Shown: positions 35,805 through 49,272, numbered from the whole stretch's first letter. The stretch: DNA of 63,989 nt, filler included, from Lama guanicoe (GCA_013239625.1; 77 parts of 76 records of this genome joined end to end with filler, not necessarily neighbours in it), one strand, 5' to 3'. Numbers and translations are program-made. Notes: generated from the letters alone by a model not told the origin.

Positions 35805-36596
35805 ACTAATAAAGACATTAAGCATAGAAGCATGATTCATGATTAATATATAAGAACCGTCACATTTCTTTACACTAACAATGAAACAGTCCATAATTTT
35901 AAAAAATCCATATGAAATCAGATCAAAAAGATGAAAAACCTTTGGAAAATCCAAGATAATAACATTTTTAGGACACTGGTAAAGAAATTTGAAGATGATG
36001 CAAAGAAATGGAAAGAAATCTCAAGGTCACAGTTTTGAGGAATTAATATTGTTAAAATATACATACTACAAAATATGCTTACAGATATAAATTGATTAAG
36101 ATCGGACTACATGATATTTTCCACAGAACTAAAAACAGTCCTAAGATTTGTATGGAGCTGCAAAAGAACCAGAACAGAAAAAGTAACAATGAGGAAAAAG
36201 AACAAAGTTGGTGGCATAACCAATAACCCTCCCAGATCTCAGACTATATATCTAAAATACAGTAATCAAAACAGCACAATGCTGGAAAACAAACATCTAT
36301 AACTCTGGAACAGAACACAGAGGCAGAAATAAAACATCATACCTATGGTCAACTAAACATTGACAAAGGAAACAAAAACAAAGGAAACAAAAATATACAA
36401 TATCTTAAAGACAGTCTCCAGCAAGTGATTTTGAGAAAGCTATACAGCTACATGTAAATCAATGAAATTAGAACACTCCCTCACACTGTATAAAAATAAA
36501 CTGTAAATGTTTTAAATACCTGAAACTAATATATGACACAATAATAATCCTGGAAACTAACATAGGCAAAATAAGACAAAAATTGTAGCAAATTTT
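35805..36596 (+). mobile_element. L1 ORF2 fragment, degenerate
   Basis: IFSTELKTVLRFVWSCKRTR..RKKNKVGGIT is L1 ORF2-like. Confidence 0.88.
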
Positions 36597-37193
36597 NNNN
36601 NNNNNNNNNNNNNNNNNNNNNNNNNNNNNNNNNNNNNNNNTTAATTAATTAANNNNNNNNNNNNNNNNNNNNNNNNNNNNNNNNNNNNNNNNNNNNCATC
36701 ACTGACCGTTGCCTCTGCTACCTCAAATTTGGCAGCTCGGTTCTTAGTCACAGAATCAACTGTGGGGATATTTTTCGCTGGTTTCTTTGAGTTCTGTCAG
36801 CCAAGCATCTGCTGTGCACTCTTGTAAATCTCAGCACATCACCTTCAATCCCATGTCTCCTGTCGGCTTGAGAGTGTGCGTCCAAGTTAAACAGAGTTTC
36901 ACCCTTGTTGCTCCATCACCAGGGGTCAGACCCTGATTCCCTGCTTTGCCTTCTCCTGCTTCCAGGTGTCCTGAGGCCTCATCCTGTCCTTGGAAGTAAC
37001 AGACCTCTCTTCGGCAAGAGTCCTGTGCCTAGGGCTGGGTGACGGGAAGTTTCCATTGCTCTGTACATGGGAGCGAGTGAGTGCAGGTTGCACNNNNNNN
37101 NNNNNNNNNNNNNNNNNNNNNNNNNNNNNNNNNNNNNTTAATTAATTAANNNNNNNNNNNNNNNNNNNNNNNNNNNNNNNNNNNNNNNNNNNN

Positions 37194-38383
37194 GGAATGC
37201 TAGGGGGTTTGCAGGATATCCCAGTGACAGAGGCTGCCTCCCGAAAATTTAGGGAAGGTATTTCTCAGACTTCCCCGAACAGGGAACACCTGTGACTGAA
37301 GATAGTTGCGCGGAGTTGTCTCTCGAGCTCCCTCACGCACTGACAATTGTTCCAGAATCCTGAGCGTGGGGAGGTTCCAAAAACGGTCGGCAGCGTGTGG
37401 GTTCTATCGGAATGCCTAAGCTCGTCTCCCCTGAGGGTTTCCCTAATATCTCTGTGCCAGGGAATGCTAGGGGTGTTTGCAGGATATCCCAGTGCCAGAG
37501 GCTGACTCCCCAAATTCAGGGAAGGTATTTCTCAGGCTTCCCCAAACAGGGAATTCCTGTGATTGAAGAGAGCTGCGTGGAGTTTTCTCTCAAGCTCCCC
37601 CACGCCCTGATAATGGTTCCGGAATCCTGAGCTTGGGGAGGTTCCACCAACAGTCGGCAGCGCGTGTGTTCTAACGGAATTCCTAAGATCGTCTCCCCTG
37701 AGGGTTTTCCTAAAGTCTCTGTGCCAGGGAATGCTAGGGGTGTTTGCAGGAAGTCCCAGGGACAGAGTCTGCCTCCCCAAGGTCAGAGAAGGTATTTCTC
37801 GCNNNNNNNNNNNNNNNNNNNNNNNNNNNNNNNNNNNNNNNNNNNNNNNNNNNNNNNNNNNNNNNNNNNNNNNNNNNNNNNNNNNNNNNNNNNNNNNNNN
37901 NNNNNNNNNNNNNNNNNNNNNNNNNNNNNNNNNNNNNNNNNNNNNNNNNNNNNNNNNNNNNNNNNNNNNNNNNNNNNNNNNNNNNNNNNNNNNNNNNNNN
38001 NNNNNNNNNNNNNNNNNNNNNNNNNNNNNNNNNNNNNNNNNNNNNNNNNNNNNNNNNNNNNNNNNNNNNNNNNNNNNNNNNNNNNNNNNNNNNNNNNNNN
38101 NNNNNNNNNNNNNNNNNNNNNNNNNNNNNNNNNNNNNNNNNNNNNNNNNNNNNNNNNNNNNNNNNNNNNNNNNNNNNNNNNNNNNNNNNNNNNNNNNNCG
38201 TGGGTTCTAATGCCATAGATCGTCTCACCTGAGGGTTTTCCTAATATCTCTTTGCCAGGGAATGCTAGGGGTGTTTGCAGGATATCCCAGTAACAGAGGC
38301 TGACTCCCCAAGTTCAGGGAAGCTATTTCTCGGGCTTCCCCAAACAGGGAACAGCTGTGACTGAAGAGAGCTGCGTGGAGTTT
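37194..38383 (-). repeat. 267-bp satellite array with internal gap
   Basis: Successive ORF-track peptides are offset by 267 (37265/37532 and 37397/37664). Confidence 0.96.
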
Positions 38384-38483
38384 NNNNNNNNNNNNNNNNN
38401 NNNNNNNNNNNNNNNNNNNNNNNNNNNTTAATTAATTAANNNNNNNNNNNNNNNNNNNNNNNNNNNNNNNNNNNNNNNNNNNN

Positions 38484-38870
38484 AAGGAACTGATATACAA
38501 GTCCGTGAGCCAGCAAAACACCAATAACTTTAGAACAAAGAGACCTCCTTCAAGACACGTCATATGCAAATTGGAAAGTCAATGACAGAGTAAAATTTTA
38601 AAGACTCAAAGTTAGTTATGATACTCTACAAAGGAACCACCTTTAGGCTATCAGCAGGATTCTGAGCAGAAAATATCCGCCAAGGGTAATTAAAATGCCA
38701 TTTTCAAACTACTGAGATAAGAAACCTCTCACCCAAGAATACTCTACCTTGCATAGTTATCACTTAGATATAAAGTGATAATAAAGGCTTTACCAGACAA
38801 ACAAACCTGAATGAGATTAAAAAACAAAACCGAGACACCTTAAAAGAGGTGCAGAAAAGAGCTATTCTAA
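38484..38870 (+). mobile_element. Old L1 (or HAL1) ORF1 C-terminal fragment
   Basis: TACAAAGGAACC..AGGCTATCAGCAG, CCAAGAATACTCTACC, CCAGACAAACAAA are L1 ORF1 motifs. Confidence 0.7.
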
Positions 38871-39746
38871 GAAAAATATAATGGCAAATATATGCAAAAC
38901 TTTGAACAAAATACTAAGCAGAGACCACGACAAATTTGCAACTGTTTCTTTGGGTATGCTTTTATATGCTGCTATACTATATGGATTAAAGGGAGAAAAA
39001 TAGGAAATTAGTTGCAATAAACATGTGTACATCAATTTGGTAACATTTTTACAAAATAAAAGAAATAATTTTAGTCAGTAATCATAAAAGGTAAAAAGTA
39101 AAAATAAAACAATATTAAAGGAAGATGCTATCAGCAGATAAAGCATAAATTACACATGAAATGTTTCATTTTTAATTGAAATACAGTAGATGTAGTATAT
39201 TGTGTAGTTTCAGATGTACAACATAGTGATTCCAACGACTTTGTACATAATATTGTATTATAAATTACTACAATAATTTTAAAATAGAATTATTATACAT
39301 TATTGTGTATAATTCCCNNNNNNNNNNNNNNNNNNNNNNNNNNNNNNNNNNNNNNNNNNNNTTAATTAATTAANNNNNNNNNNNNNNNNNNNNNNNNNNN
39401 NNNNNNNNNNNNNNNNNAGAGAATGAGAGAGATAGAGACTGAGAGATGTTCACCAAACCATTCATGACGGTCACTTCTGGGAGTGGGATTGGCAAATATC
39501 TGCACTTTTCCTTTAGGCAACATTTCAAGTGTTTATAATATATCTATATTGCTTTACTAATTCTAAGGTATTAAAAGCATATGTTACTTGAGATTCATTC
39601 ATATTTCATCTATAGAATAAAGTTTATTATTTTTATTTTAAAATATNNNNNNNNNNNNNNNNNNNNNNNNNNNNNNNNNNNNNNNNNNNNTTAATTAATT
39701 AANNNNNNNNNNNNNNNNNNNNNNNNNNNNNNNNNNNNNNNNNNNN

Positions 39747-40740
39747 AACTCTCAAAACTGAGCATGTGGAAAGACGTTCGTTCATCTAGCACAAAAAGGA
39801 ACAGTTTGCAGGACAAACACTTACTCTGGTTTCTCAGTCTGTTTCCTAGTGCCGGTTTGAAGTTCCTGCTGTTTTCACTGTAAAACCGAGTTGGAGCTTG
39901 TACCTCCCCATATATATGTATGGAGTGGAGACATGTGGGGAGACGATATTTCATCTAGCACAAAGGGATCAGTTTGCAGGAGAATCACTTTCTCTGGTTT
40001 CTCAGTCTGTTTCCTAGTGCCGGTTTGAAGTTCCTGCAGTTTTCACTGTAAAACCGTGTTTAAACTTGTACCGCACCATATAAATTTATGGGGTGGAGTT
40101 TGCAACTGAAGACAAACTTTGTGTTCCTAAAAAAGTAGGGGAAGGATGGCTTTCGCACAGCCTTATCTTTCAAAACAGAGCATGTGGAGAGACGTTCGTT
40201 CATCTAGCACAATTGGAACAGGTTGCAGGTGAAACACTTACTCCTGTTTCTCAATCTGTTTCCTAGTGCAGGTTTGACGTTCCTGCAGTTTTCACTGTAA
40301 AACCGTGTTGGGGCTTGTACCGCCCCTTATGCATGTTTGTAGCGGAATTTGCAACTGAAAAAAACTTTGTGTTCCCAACAAGCTAGGTGAAGGGCTGCTT
40401 CATACACACTTAACTCTCAAAACTGAGCATGTGGAGAGAAGTTCTTTAATCTAGCACAAACGGAACAGGTTGCAGGAGTCACACTTACTCAGGGTTCTCA
40501 ATCTGTTTCCTTGTGAGGTTTGAACTTCCTGCAGTTTTCAATTAAAACCGAGTTGGAGCTTGTACCTACCCTTATATATGTATGGGGTGGAGTATGCAAC
40601 TGAAGAGGAACATGGTGTTCCCAACAAGCTACGTCAAGCACGGCATTAACACACGTTTAACTCTCAAAACTGAGTATTTGGAGAGAAGTTTGTTCATCTA
40701 GCACAAAGGGAACAGGTTGCAGGAGTCACACTTACTCAGG
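39747..40740 (+). repeat. ~247-bp satellite array (second family)
   Basis: The CATCTAGCACA motif occurs at about 39783, 39952, 40201, 40448 and 40695 (periods 169, 249, 247, 247). Confidence 0.93.
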
Positions 40741-42787
40741 NNNNNNNNNNNNNNNNNNNNNNNNNNNNNNNNNNNNNNNNNNNNTTAATTAATTAANNNN
40801 NNNNNNNNNNNNNNNNNNNNNNNNNNNNNNNNNNNNNNNNGGAGGGGGCGGGGAGGCACCTCTCATCCTGCACGTGGTGTAAGGCAAGACGGTGAGCCGC
40901 CAGGGGCCTCCGCAGTCCGTCCATTGCTTCGGGCTGCACTGAGCGGCTGGTAACGATTGAGATTTTCATGTAGAGCTGCGTGTATGCTGGAACAATTGCT
41001 CGGTTCATTTAAACTAGTTGCTACCAGAGCACGTTGGAGAACACATTTGTTCTCACCTTCTAGCCAGGGAACCTCCCGCCAGGTTTCTGTCCTGCTGTTC
41101 ATTTCCACGTTATTTTCCAAGACTTCTGGAGGAAATGTAAGCAGCCTGATGCTCAAATGCTTTTCTGTGTGACTCCCCCCTTGTTCTTTGAAGGAACAGC
41201 AAATTGCCAAGAGAACAGTGGACAAAATGCCAACCCCCCATTTAATTAAGGGTCTGAGATTTGGTGTTAGGAAATAGAAGAAATTTCCAGGAACACACTT
41301 AAGAAACATTATTTCTTTCAAATGTGATTTGGAACAGAAAAGAACAATATATTTTATAGCACAGCTTTTAAGACAAATGAATTGAAATTAAGTTCCCATA
41401 ATGAAAGGTCCAACAATTCTTTATATTTCTCCTGGAATTTCCTTGGTTCTTGATGTAAATTTTTAAAAATTAATATCAGCTTTCTATTCTTTCTCTTCCT
41501 GTAGTTGTAGAATTAATGTGAAAATAGCTCGTTGTCTCACTGATAAAGCCTCCTTGTCAGCCTTCTAGCTAAACAGCTTGTGTCCGTTTTGGTGGCAGGC
41601 GTGCTAAATAGTAGTTTTCAGACACTTGAGCGATGCCCATCACACCAGCNNNNNNNNNNNNNNNNNNNNNNNNNNNNNNNNNNNNNNNNNNNNTTAATTA
41701 ATTAANNNNNNNNNNNNNNNNNNNNNNNNNNNNNNNNNNNNNNNNNNNNAATATTTGCAATTTTAAAGTACAAGTTACAAAGTGAGTATGTACAAACCGA
41801 TACAGCCTTCCTATGTGTCAGTTTTAACAGTTACAAAATATAATAGCAAAAAATTCTCACTTACAAAATTAACAAAAACATCAACAATAATCTGGAATAA
41901 ATGCAAAAACAATGCCCATGTTGTACATGGAGAAAGTACAGGACTGGTGTGGGGTAAACTAAGATGTGTAAATTTAGAGACATCAACATATTTTATAGAG
42001 GAAAGCAGTTTTGTAAAGATGTACGTTCTCCTAAAGATAATTCAAAACTTACTTAAATATCCTATGATAACCCTTATCCTTTTTTTTTAACTTGAAAAAA
42101 CTATTTTAGAATTCTTCAGGAATAATAAAGTCATAATACTAGCCCAGAAAATTAGGGACGGAAAAAAGAATCAAAAAAAANNNNNNNNNNNNNNNNNNNN
42201 NNNNNNNNNNNNNNNNNNNNNNNNNNNNNNNNNNNNNNNNNNNNNNNNNNNNNNNNNNNNNNNNNNNNNNNNNNNNNNNNNNNNNNNNNNNNNNNNNNNN
42301 NNNNNNNNNNNNNNNNNNNNNNNNNNNNNNNNNNNNNNNNNNNNNNNNNNNNNNNNNNNNNNNNNNNNNNNNNNNNNNNNNNNNNNNNNNNNNNNNNNNN
42401 NNNNNNNNNNNNNNNNNNNNNNNNNNNNNNNNNNNNNNNNNNNNNNNNNNNNNNNNNNNNNNNNNNNNNNNNNNNNNNNNNNNNNNNNNNNNNNNNNNNN
42501 NNNNNNNNNNNNNNNNNNNNNNNNNNNNNNNNNNNNNNNNNNNNNNNNNNNNNNNNNNNNNTCAAGGATAAAAAAGAAGACATTTACAATCTTAAGATTA
42601 TTTTGGGCCACAACAAAGATAAACCTACTGAACAAAATGAAAGGCAAGAAATGACAAGGAAAAGCTCTGTGATACATGCTGTGCTGANNNNNNNNNNNNN
42701 NNNNNNNNNNNNNNNNNNNNNNNNNNNNNNNTTAATTAATTAANNNNNNNNNNNNNNNNNNNNNNNNNNNNNNNNNNNNNNNNNNNN

Positions 42788-43523
42788 CCTTGGGGATGCA
42801 GCCTCTGTCACTGGGATTTCCTGCAAAATCCCCTAGAACTCCCTGGCACAGAGACATGAGGAAAACCCTCAGGGGAGAAGAGCACAGGCATTCCCTTAGA
42901 ACCCACGCGCTGCCGACCGTTGGTGGAACCTCCCCACGCTCAGGATTCCGGAACCATAGTCATTGAGTGGGGGAGCTCNNNNNNNNNNNNNNNNNNNNNN
43001 NNNNNNNNNNNNNNNNNNNNNNNNNNNNNNNNNNNNNNNNNNNNNNNNNNNNNNNNNNNNNNNNNNNNNNNNNNNNNNNNNNNNNNNNNNNNNNNNNNNN
43101 NNNNNNNNNNNNNNNNNNNNNNNNNNNNNNNNNNNNNNNNNNNNNNNNNNNNNNNNNNNNNNNNNNNNNNNNNNNNNNNNNNNNNNNNNNNNNNNNNNNN
43201 NNNNNNNNNNNNNNNNNNNNNNNNNNNNNNNNNNNNNNNNNNNNNNNNNNNNNNNNNNNNNNNNNNNNNNNNNNNNNNNNNNNNNNNNNNNNNNNNNNNN
43301 NNNNNNNNNNNNNNNNNNNNNNNNNNNNNNNNNNNNNNNNNNNNNNNNNNNNNNNNNNNNNNNNNNNNNNNNNNNNNNNNNNNGTGGAACCTCCCCACGC
43401 TCAGGATTCCGGAAACATTGTCATTGAGTGGGGGAGTTCGAGAGAAAACTCCACGCACCTCTCTTCATTCGCAGGTGATCCCTGCTCGAGGAAGTCCGAG
43501 AAATACCTTCCCTGACCTTGGGG
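42788..43523 (+). repeat. 267-bp satellite with internal gap
   Basis: GGTGGAACCTCCCCACGCTCAGGATTCCGGAAC and other family motifs. Confidence 0.93.
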
Positions 43524-44489
43524 NNNNNNNNNNNNNNNNNNNNNNNNNNNNNNNNNNNNNNNNNNNNTTAATTAATTAANNNNNNNNNNNNNNNNNNNNN
43601 NNNNNNNNNNNNNNNNNNNNNNNAAATAATATTGAATTAAAGGTAATTCATACGCATCTATTAAGAAAGAAAATGATTGCTGCCAGTCTTCCAGATAGCC
43701 TGCAAGTAGTTCCAGAATTGAATTATGGAGAATTAACTGGATAAATCAATCTGGAAGTAGATTTACCACTGGTGCAGCATTTAGCCTCTAATGAAAAGAG
43801 CCAGAAGCAGTCTTTTGATGGAATCTCAAAGTACGCTCAGTTCTTTCCTGGTTTNNNNNNNNNNNNNNNNNNNNNNNNNNNNNNNNNNNNNNNNNNNNNN
43901 NNNNNNNNNNNNNNNNNNNNNNNNNNNNNNNNNNNNNNNNNNNNNNNNNNNNNNNNNNNNNNNNNNNNNNNNNNNNNNNNNNNNNNNNNNNNNNNNNNNN
44001 NNNNNNNNNNNNNNNNNNNNNNNNNNNNNNNNNNNNNNNNNNNNNNNNNNNNNNNNNNNNNNNNNNNNNNNNNNNNNNNNNNNNNNNNNNNNNNNNNNNN
44101 NNNNNNNNNNNNNNNNNNNNNNNNNNNNNNNNNNNNNNNNNNNNNNNNNNNNNNNNNNNNNNNNNNNNNNNNNNNNNNNNNNNNNNNNNNNNNNNNNNNN
44201 NNNNNNNNNNNNNNNNNNNNNNNNNNNNNNNNNNNNNNNNNNNNNNNNNNNNNNNNNNNNNNNNNNNNNNCTTTCGATGGCAAAGTACGCTCAGTTCTTT
44301 CCTGGTTTCTGTGAACAAGAAGAGCAGTACTACCTTTCTGTACCTAAAAACGAATGTGGAGGAGTAGGAGGAGGTGGAGGAGGAGGAGGNNNNNNNNNNN
44401 NNNNNNNNNNNNNNNNNNNNNNNNNNNNNNNNNTTAATTAATTAANNNNNNNNNNNNNNNNNNNNNNNNNNNNNNNNNNNNNNNNNNNN

Positions 44490-45299
44490 ATTTGGAGAAT
44501 TGCTTGTTTAGGTCTTCTGCCCATTTTTGGATTGGGTCACTTGTTTCTTTGATATTAAGGTGAATGAGCTGTTTGTATATTTTGGAAATAAGTCCCTTGT
44601 CAGTCGCATCATTTGTAAATATTTTCTCCCAATCCCAAAATGGGCAGAAGACCTAAACAAGCAATTCTCCAATGAAGACATACAAATGGCCAATAGGCAC
44701 AAGAAAAAAATGCTCAGCATTGTTAATTGTCAGAGAAATGCAGATCAAAACTACAGTGAGGTACCACCTCACATCAGCCAGAATGGCCACCATTGAAAAG
44801 TCTACAAATGACAGATGCTGGAGAGGGTGTGGAGAAAAGGGAAACCTCCCACACTGTTGGTGGGGGTGTAGATTGGTGTAGCCACTATGGAGGACAGTAT
44901 GGAGGTTCCTTAAAAAGCTGAAAATAGACTTATCATGTGATCCAGCAATCCCTCTCCTGGGTATATATCTGGAGAAAACTAAAATTCAAAAAGAACGTGC
45001 ACCCCAAGGTTCATGCAGCACTATTTACGACAGCCATAGTCTTTCAGCCAAGACATGAAAACAAAACAGATGACTGGATGTAAGAAGATATGGTACATAT
45101 ATACAATGGAACACTACTCAGCCATAAAAAAGAACAAAAATGCCATTTGCAGCAATATGAATGGACCTGAAGATCATCATTCTAAGTGAAGTGGGCCGGA
45201 AAGAGAAAGAAAAATGCCATGTGACATTATTTATATGAGGAATCTAAAATATAATAATAATAATGACACAAATGAACTACTTATTATTGATAACTTAGA
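44490..45299 (+). mobile_element. L1 ORF2 3' end and 3' UTR with inverted 5' segment (44490-44628)
   Basis: The sense part encodes [19 protein letters not shown]. The first ~140 bp are the adjacent L1 region in antisense. Confidence 0.9.
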
Positions 45300-45399
45300 N
45301 NNNNNNNNNNNNNNNNNNNNNNNNNNNNNNNNNNNNNNNNNNNTTAATTAATTAANNNNNNNNNNNNNNNNNNNNNNNNNNNNNNNNNNNNNNNNNNNN

Positions 45400-46395
45400 C
45401 AAATGCTTACAACTGACCAATACAAAGAAAATCAACCCAAATTTTAAAATTGCCAAGGATTTAAATAAATACACAAATGGCCGATATTCATATGAAAAGA
45501 AGCTCAGCATCACTAGCCAAATCAAAAGCAAAATGAGATCTCATTTTACACCCACTAGGATGGTTATAATGAAAACATGGACAATAACAAGTGTTGTTCA
45601 GGAGGCAGAGATACCTCATATGCGGCCAGTGGAAAGCGACAATGTTGCAGCTTCTTTGGAGAAGTCTGGTGTTTCCTCAAAAGGTTAGCATTATATGGGT
45701 CAGCAATTCCACTCCTACATGTAGAGTCATCCCTCAGTATCCTCGGGGGGTTGGTTTCAGGAAACCCCCACCCTGGATTCCATAATCCAAGGATGTTCTA
45801 GTCACTTTACAATCAGCCATCTGGATTCATGAAGTGGAAACTACAGATATGGCGGGCCAACTGTACAGCCAAAAGAATGAAAACATATTCTCACAAAAAC
45901 TTGCACATAAATATTCATAGCAGTATCATTCAGAGTAGCCAAAGGTTACAAAGAATATCCATCCATCAATGAACGGATAAACAAAATTACCAATAGGCCC
46001 ACAAAGTTTTGTTCATTGAATCTTTGACAAAGGAGGTGAGACCATACAATGGAGTAAAGACAGCCTCTTCAGCAAATGGTGTAGGGAAAACTGGACAGCT
46101 GCATGTAAATCAATCTAGTTAGACTACTCACTTACAGCATACACAAAAATAAATTCAAAATGGCTTAAAGACTTAAACATGTAGACAAGACACTATAAAC
46201 CTCTTAGAAGTAAACACAGGCAAAACATCTGACATACATCTCAACAAAGATTTCCTAGAGCAGTCTACTCAAGCAGTAGAAATACAAGCAAAAATATACA
46301 AGTGGGATGTAATTAAACTTACAAGCTTTTGCACAGCAGAGAAACAGTAAGCAAAACAAAAAGACAACCTACTTATGGAATGGGAGAAAATATTT
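45400..46395 (+). mobile_element. Old L1 3' fragment (45400-45990), then a younger L1 ORF2 fragment (~46010-46395)
   Basis: L1 motifs CCCACTAGGATGG, CAGCAATTCCACTCCTA, TCTTTGACAAAGGAGG, CTCTTCAGCAAATGGTG. Confidence 0.85.
45724..45863 (+). mobile_element. MER2-like (Tigger-derived) miniature element nested in L1
   Basis: TA|GAGTCATCCCTCAGTATCC...CAGATATGGCGGGCCAACTG|TA shows imperfect TIRs with a TA duplication, interrupting L1 sequence. Confidence 0.75.
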
Positions 46396-46495
46396 NNNNN
46401 NNNNNNNNNNNNNNNNNNNNNNNNNNNNNNNNNNNNNNNTTAATTAATTAANNNNNNNNNNNNNNNNNNNNNNNNNNNNNNNNNNNNNNNNNNNN

Positions 46496-47400
46496 TTGCT
46501 TGCTCAAATCACTAAGGCTTACTATTTATGAAAAAGACATTAAAGATTTCTTGACAAATTCTGAAGGACCCGTCAGGGTTCTGAGTTTTAAAATGCCAAA
46601 AATTTCTTTGGCCTTAAGTTTTACCTCATTGAGCTAATTAGGCTCAGTCTTAGGTCACTGTTTGCTGAATTTACATTTATGATCTGCAAGACAATGAGAG
46701 ACACTTCCAGTTCCCCAGAGAACTGCTTTCTCACCTCAGCCCAATTGTATCTCCTTATGTGGCTTTTCTTTATCAATGAGAAGAGCTGTAAACAAAGAAT
46801 TCTATGTTTTAAAACTTTAAGATTCAATTTATCTTGTCTTCCAAAGCTTGCATAAGGCATTTAGTAAGGTCTCTTTTCCTTGGGTTATAAGTTAAACCCA
46901 GGGTAAACCTCTTATATTATTTTATTAGCCACTGATTATTAGTTTTTAGTTTTATGTTATATAGGACGGCACATGTAACTCCATCGGTTCCCTTTAGTTT
47001 GTTCAATTAATATTTTCTGAGGGACAGAAATATGCCCAGCCTTATAATAGCAAGAAGGGAAGCATTTTTCCATTGAAACATATCTATCCCACAACATAAT
47101 TAAGCAAAAAGTTTATGTAAAGCACATTTAAACATACCAATTTTACAAACTTTTATCTCAATTTTATTAACTCTTATACATTTAATTTTAATATTTATAA
47201 AGTTTAATCAATAATTTTTATTTCTAGAAGGATTGCCAGAAGCCTTTTTCTTCTTTTCTTTTCTGTTTTTTTTTTTCACTGTATCTAATTTTATAGAAAA
47301 GTCTCTGGGATCCCCAAGATTGAGCCAAAGGTTGTAGGCCCTTCTCAACTTTTAATTTGATTAAATGGCCTGTTGCCCCAATCATTGATCAAATATCTCA
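46496..47400 (-). mobile_element. Possible ERV1 internal non-coding fragment
   Basis: Composition and phrasing resemble MER4/HUERS-type internal sequence. No diagnostic ORF. Confidence 0.25.
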
Positions 47401-47514
47401 GTCTATATATATATNNNNNNNNNNNNNNNNNNNNNNNNNNNNNNNNNNNNNNNNNNNNTTAATTAATTAANNNNNNNNNNNNNNNNNNNNNNNNNNNNNN
47501 NNNNNNNNNNNNNN

Positions 47515-48351
47515 ACAATGAGATATCACCTCACACCAATCAGAATGGCCGTCATTCAAAAATTGAAAAATGGCAAATGCTGGAGAGGCTGTGGAGAAAG
47601 GGGAACCCTCCTGCACTGCTGGTGGGAATGCAGTTTGGTGCAGCCACTATGGAAAACAGTGTGGAGATTCCTCAAAAGACTAGGAATAGACTTACCATAT
47701 GACCCAGGAATCCCACTCCTGGGCTTGTATCCAGAAGGAAATCTACTTCAGGATGACACCTGCACTCCAATGTTCATAGCAGCACTATTTACAATAGCAA
47801 AAACATGGAAACAGCCTAAATGTCCATCAGCAGGTGACTGGATAAAGAAGAAGTGGTATGTTTATACAATGGAATACTACTGAGCCATAAAAACCAACAA
47901 CATAATGTTATTTGCAGCAACATGGATGTTCCTGGAGAATGTCATTCTAAGTGAAGTAAGCCAGAAAGAGAAAGAAAAATACCATATGAGATCGCTCATA
48001 TGTGGAATCTAAAAAACAAAAACAAACAAACAAACAAAAACAAAGCATAAAAACAGGACAGAAATAGACTCATGGACAGAGAATACAGACTTGTGTTTAC
48101 CAGGGGGTTAGACGGTGGAAAGGGATAGACTGGGATTTCAAAATTGTAGACTAGATAAACGACATTACACTGTATAGCACAGGGAAATATACACAAATAG
48201 CACAGGGTACACAAAATGTTATCATAAATCACAGAGAAAAATTGACAATGTGTGTGTATATGTCCATGAATGACTGAAAAATTGTGCTGAACACTGGAAT
48301 TTGACACAATATTTTAAAATGATTATAAATGAATAAAAAAATTTAAAAAAA
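47515..48351 (+). mobile_element. Young L1: ORF2 C-terminus, 3' UTR and A-tail
   Basis: 121-aa [54 protein letters not shown] with a premature stop near the end, then AATAAA and an A-rich tail. Confidence 0.97.
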
Positions 48352-48774
48352 AGAAGGGCAGGAAGAGGGGCAAGTCATGAGAGGAGACAACNNNNNNNNN
48401 NNNNNNNNNNNNNNNNNNNNNNNNNNNNNNNNNNNTTAATTAATTAANNNNNNNNNNNNNNNNNNNNNNNNNNNNNNNNNNNNNNNNNNNNGGAAGCAAA
48501 GAGCATGAATCCAGGACAGTGTCACTGGTGGCCTGGACAGAGAGCGGAGGGAGATACAGAGGGGTGATGAATGCACTTGGAGTTGGGACCCAGGGACAGG
48601 GGAGGAGCTGGCTGCATGTGAGGGTGAGGAGGACAGAGGGAGCAGACAGGGCCCCAGGGTCTGGTTTGAGCAGGTGGGGAGATGGAGCTACTGCATGGAT
48701 GGGGGAAGGGTGGGAAGAGAGTTCCAAAAGGCACATAATCTTGGACACTTATGAGATTAGATCAATTCTGATAC

Positions 48775-49272
48775 ACTTTATTTTTACATTGAGGCATATT
48801 TGATTTACAGTGTTGTATAAGTTCGTGGTGTACAACATATTGATTCAGTTATACGTGTATATATGTTCTTTCTCACATTCTTTTCCATTATAGGTTATTA
48901 CAAGTTACTGGATATAGTTTCCTGTGCTCTGCAGCAGGTCCTTTTTTTTTTTNNNNNNNNNNNNNNNNNNNNNNNNNNNNTACTGCTGTGTATCTGTAAT
49001 CCCACACTCCTGATTTCTCCCTGCCCACCACCACTTTCCCCCCGGTAACCACAGATTGTTATCTATGTCTGTGAGTCTGATGCTGTTTTGTCAATAAGGT
49101 TACTTGTATCTTTTATTTTTTAGATAACACGTATAAGTTATAGATTTCTGTTTCTCTGTCTGACTTACTTCACTTAGTATGCTAATCTCTGTGTCAATTC
49201 CATTTAGCTGGAAGCAACATTCTTTCACCCCCTGTAGTGACTACTTACTATTCCGAGGTGCGCATATACCAC
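48775..49272 (-). mobile_element. L1 3' UTR, antisense
   Basis: GTGTACAACATATTGATTCAGTTATAC, CTCTGTCTGACTTACTTCACTTAGTATG. Confidence 0.85.

Noticed and set aside
47518..47883. 121-aa Cys/Trp-rich ORF as a host gene
   Set aside because: It is the C-terminus of L1 ORF2 with a premature stop.
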